Below, one piece after another: positions 62,171 through 64,000 of a stretch of DNA of 64,000 bases (position 1 is the first letter of the stretch; every line of letters starts with the position of its first letter). Position numbers and translations under genes: made by a program. The stretch spans positions 224,001 through 288,000 of the forward strand of contig CAVWLP010000002.1 in assembly GCA_963755915.1 (NCBI GenBank), in the 5' to 3' direction. Source of the DNA: an uncultured Phycisphaerales bacterium (GTDB lineage: Bacteria; Planctomycetota; Phycisphaerae; Tepidisphaerales; Tepidisphaeraceae). The notes under the pieces were generated by a model that saw only the letters and a list, made by a program, of their open reading frames with translations, ran no database searches and was not told the DNA's origin.

Positions 62171-63115
62171 TTATGAGGTGAACCGAAGTTCGGGATTGGG
62201 CAATTGGACGAGGTTATGGGACGGGCGCAGGGCGGCCTGTCTCTCCAGCGGCTCGACGGCATCGTCCAATAATTGTTGGCCGAGCTGGCGCAGAGCGGCC
62301 ACGCTGACGCCCATGCCGCTGAGCAAACCGGCATCGGTCATCAATCTTGTGTGCTGCATATAGGTGTCGTCACGAAGCAGCTCACGAAGCCCGGATCCTG
62401 CGAGCTTCGCATGCTCGCGCCAGGAATCCGGGAAGGACATTTCCAGCGCTTCGCGCCAGCGATCGACCCATACCCTGGTCCTCTCGCGGCCCACGAGATG
62501 GGCCAGGGCAAGGACGCGGCCAAGGTCTTTGGCGCATCGGTAAAGCCCACAGAATTCTCCGGATTTGATTCGGCGGGCGGTGAGTTTGGTGTAGGAGATC
62601 AGGTTGACGATGGCGATCATTTCCGGAGCGGCGTAGTCGAGCCCCTCGGTGGAGCGTTGTCGGAACCAGTTGAGCAAATCCATGAATTTGAAGCTGGGAA
62701 TGCCGTACCAGCCGGCGTGGGAACCGCTCAAATGAACGGGAATCCACTCTTTTTCGTTCTCCTGCTGAACGGAGGGAATGCTGAGGAATTCAATGAAATA
62801 TTGGGTTGAATTGGGGGGCATGAGGCGGATGGCCCAGAGGTCATTTTTATTTGGGGGGAGCTCCGGCAGCGGCTTGCAACGATCGGTCGGGCGCCAGCCG
62901 ATTTTGATCAGGGCTTCGGCTGCCGCCTGGACCGAAACAGTGTTTCCGGCGGAATGGACGAGGAGGTCGGCGTCCTTGGTGGCGACGCCATGGCCTGAGA
63001 GGATGGCGCGGAAGGGGTAGGCGGCGGCGAGGCTGCCGGCGACCAGGATATTGCCTTGATGCTCGATGGGGATATCGCGGTGGAGGGTGCGAAAGAGGTC
63101 GGCTGGATCGAGCAT
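62171..63115 (-). CDS. hypothetical protein with Pol-beta/AbiEii-like nucleotidyltransferase motif
   Basis: hhVAGSLA...TKDADLLV (GS + DxD) and downstream IEFL. Confidence 0.55.
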   Translation of the reverse strand: MLDPADLFRTLHRDIPIEHQGNILVAGSLAAAYPFRAILSGHGVATKDADLLVHSAGNTVSVQAAAEALIKIGWRPTDRCKPLPELPPNKNDLWAIRLMPPNSTQYFIEFLSIPSVQQENEKEWIPVHLSGSHAGWYGIPSFKFMDLLNWFRQRSTEGLDYAAPEMIAIVNLISYTKLTARRIKSGEFCGLYRCAKDLGRVLALAHLVGRERTRVWVDRWREALEMSFPDSWREHAKLAGSGLRELLRDDTYMQHTRLMTDAGLLSGMGVSVAALRQLGQQLLDDAVEPLERQAALRPSHNLVQLPNPELRFTS

Positions 63116-63209
63116 CCTATCGATTCAGATCGGTTGGGAGAGAACTGGACTTCAACGAGATTGCGCTAAGGGGAGTGGGTGGATGCGTAAGCGTTTGGGG
63201 ATATCTCTC

Positions 63210-63231
63210 CCGGCGGTGTAAACACCGCCGG
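63210..63231. repeat. short GC palindrome (REP-like)
   Basis: CCGGCGGTGT-AA-ACACCGCCGG. Confidence 0.5.
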
Positions 63232-63246
63232 CTTTGGTAGCGATGG

Positions 63247-64000
63247 TTAGGGTGAGGTCCAGGTGCTGGTGTGGTGAAGGTCGTGGGCGAACATGGGCCA
63301 TTGGGCCCATTTTGGGGTGAATTTCAGGTTGGTGTGGTAGATGAAGACGCGGCCGTCTTCGGTGCCGATGAGGATTTCGGCTTGGCCGTCGTGATAGACG
63401 TCGGCGATGGTGTCCTGGCATTGGGTGTCGGGGGCGGCGGGAATCATCAGGTGCGTTTGGGTGGCGCCGTCTTTGGTGCGGTGAATCCACCAGGGTCCGG
63501 CGAAGAAATCGAAGCTGCCGGAGGCATCGGGGCCGGCGACGCTTACGCCGATGACATCGGCGGGGCCGAGCTGGGCGATGATTCCGTCGGGGTTGCCGAA
63601 GCCGGTGCCGTCGCCGTGCCAGGCGCGGAGGGTGTGGGTTTTGTCGTCGATGGCGATGATTTCGGCGAGGCCGTCACCGTCAAGATCGGCGAGGGAGACG
63701 GGGCCGTCACATTCGATGTTGTCTTTGAAGATGCTTTGGATTTTTTCTGATTGGGCCTGCTCGGGGGAGAGGGGGGAGCCGTCGGCGCTTTGGGCGGAGG
63801 ATTCTGGTGCGCAGGCGCCGAAGGGTTTTCCGTCCCAGGTCCAGGCGAGGATCTGGCTACGGACGTCGGGGAGAATGACCTGCATGGTGCGGCGATCGAA
63901 GACGCTGCCGAGGGCTGGTGGCCAGTGGGATTTGACGCCGATTTTCTGGGGCCAGGAGCCGAAGGATTTTCCGGAGGCGTCGAAGGCGTCGACGACGGCG
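63247..64000 (-). CDS. FG-GAP/VCBS repeat protein, C-terminal part (5' end outside window)
   Basis: ADLDGDGLAEII, ADVYHDGQAEILIG, terminal WPMFAHDLHHT. Confidence 0.8.
   Translation of the reverse strand, partial: AVVDAFDASGKSFGSWPQKIGVKSHWPPALGSVFDRRTMQVILPDVRSQILAWTWDGKPFGACAPESSAQSADGSPLSPEQAQSEKIQSIFKDNIECDGPVSLADLDGDGLAEIIAIDDKTHTLRAWHGDGTGFGNPDGIIAQLGPADVIGVSVAGPDASGSFDFFAGPWWIHRTKDGATQTHLMIPAAPDTQCQDTIADVYHDGQAEILIGTEDGRVFIYHTNLKFTPKWAQWPMFAHDLHHTSTWTSP

Overview
GC-rich bacterial DNA that looks like Planctomycetota (probably Phycisphaerae/Tepidisphaerales). The inference rests on a PVM-type microcompartment locus, an LESR-xLLS secretion motif, [16 protein letters not shown] zinc-ribbon membrane proteins and planctomycete-style palindromic repeats. 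About 18 single-base frameshifts in otherwise intact genes suggest long-read indel errors rather than mass pseudogenisation. Layout: (1) 1-23.4 kb is a low-oxygen/fermentative energy island ending at an integrase remnant and tRNA-Leu(GAG). It holds PFOR, DHOD-like protein, adk, acyl-CoA ligase/GNAT, H+-PPase, tandem HypB-like GTPases, a ppsR/pckG deletion scar, a FixL-PAS kinase with NarL-type regulator, USP and an IS630. Four copies of a TAGG-N8-CC(G/T)A palindrome and two paralogous small Cys/His proteins lie within it. (2) 23.8-49 kb holds core and envelope genes (ABC exporters, manC, ruvX, thiL, S53 peptidase, rpmB, gatC, gatA, GT-C pair). (3) 49.2-59.7 kb is a PVM microcompartment operon interrupted by an IS110/IS1111-type element. 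The element's right non-coding end shows readable bridge/seek-RNA guide matches to its own insertion site, and that site lies inside a ~130-bp hairpin repeat family present three times in the window. (4) 60-64 kb holds a hybrid kinase, a TPR lipoprotein, an orphan nucleotidyltransferase-like gene and an FG-GAP protein. No database searches were run; calls come from recognised motifs.
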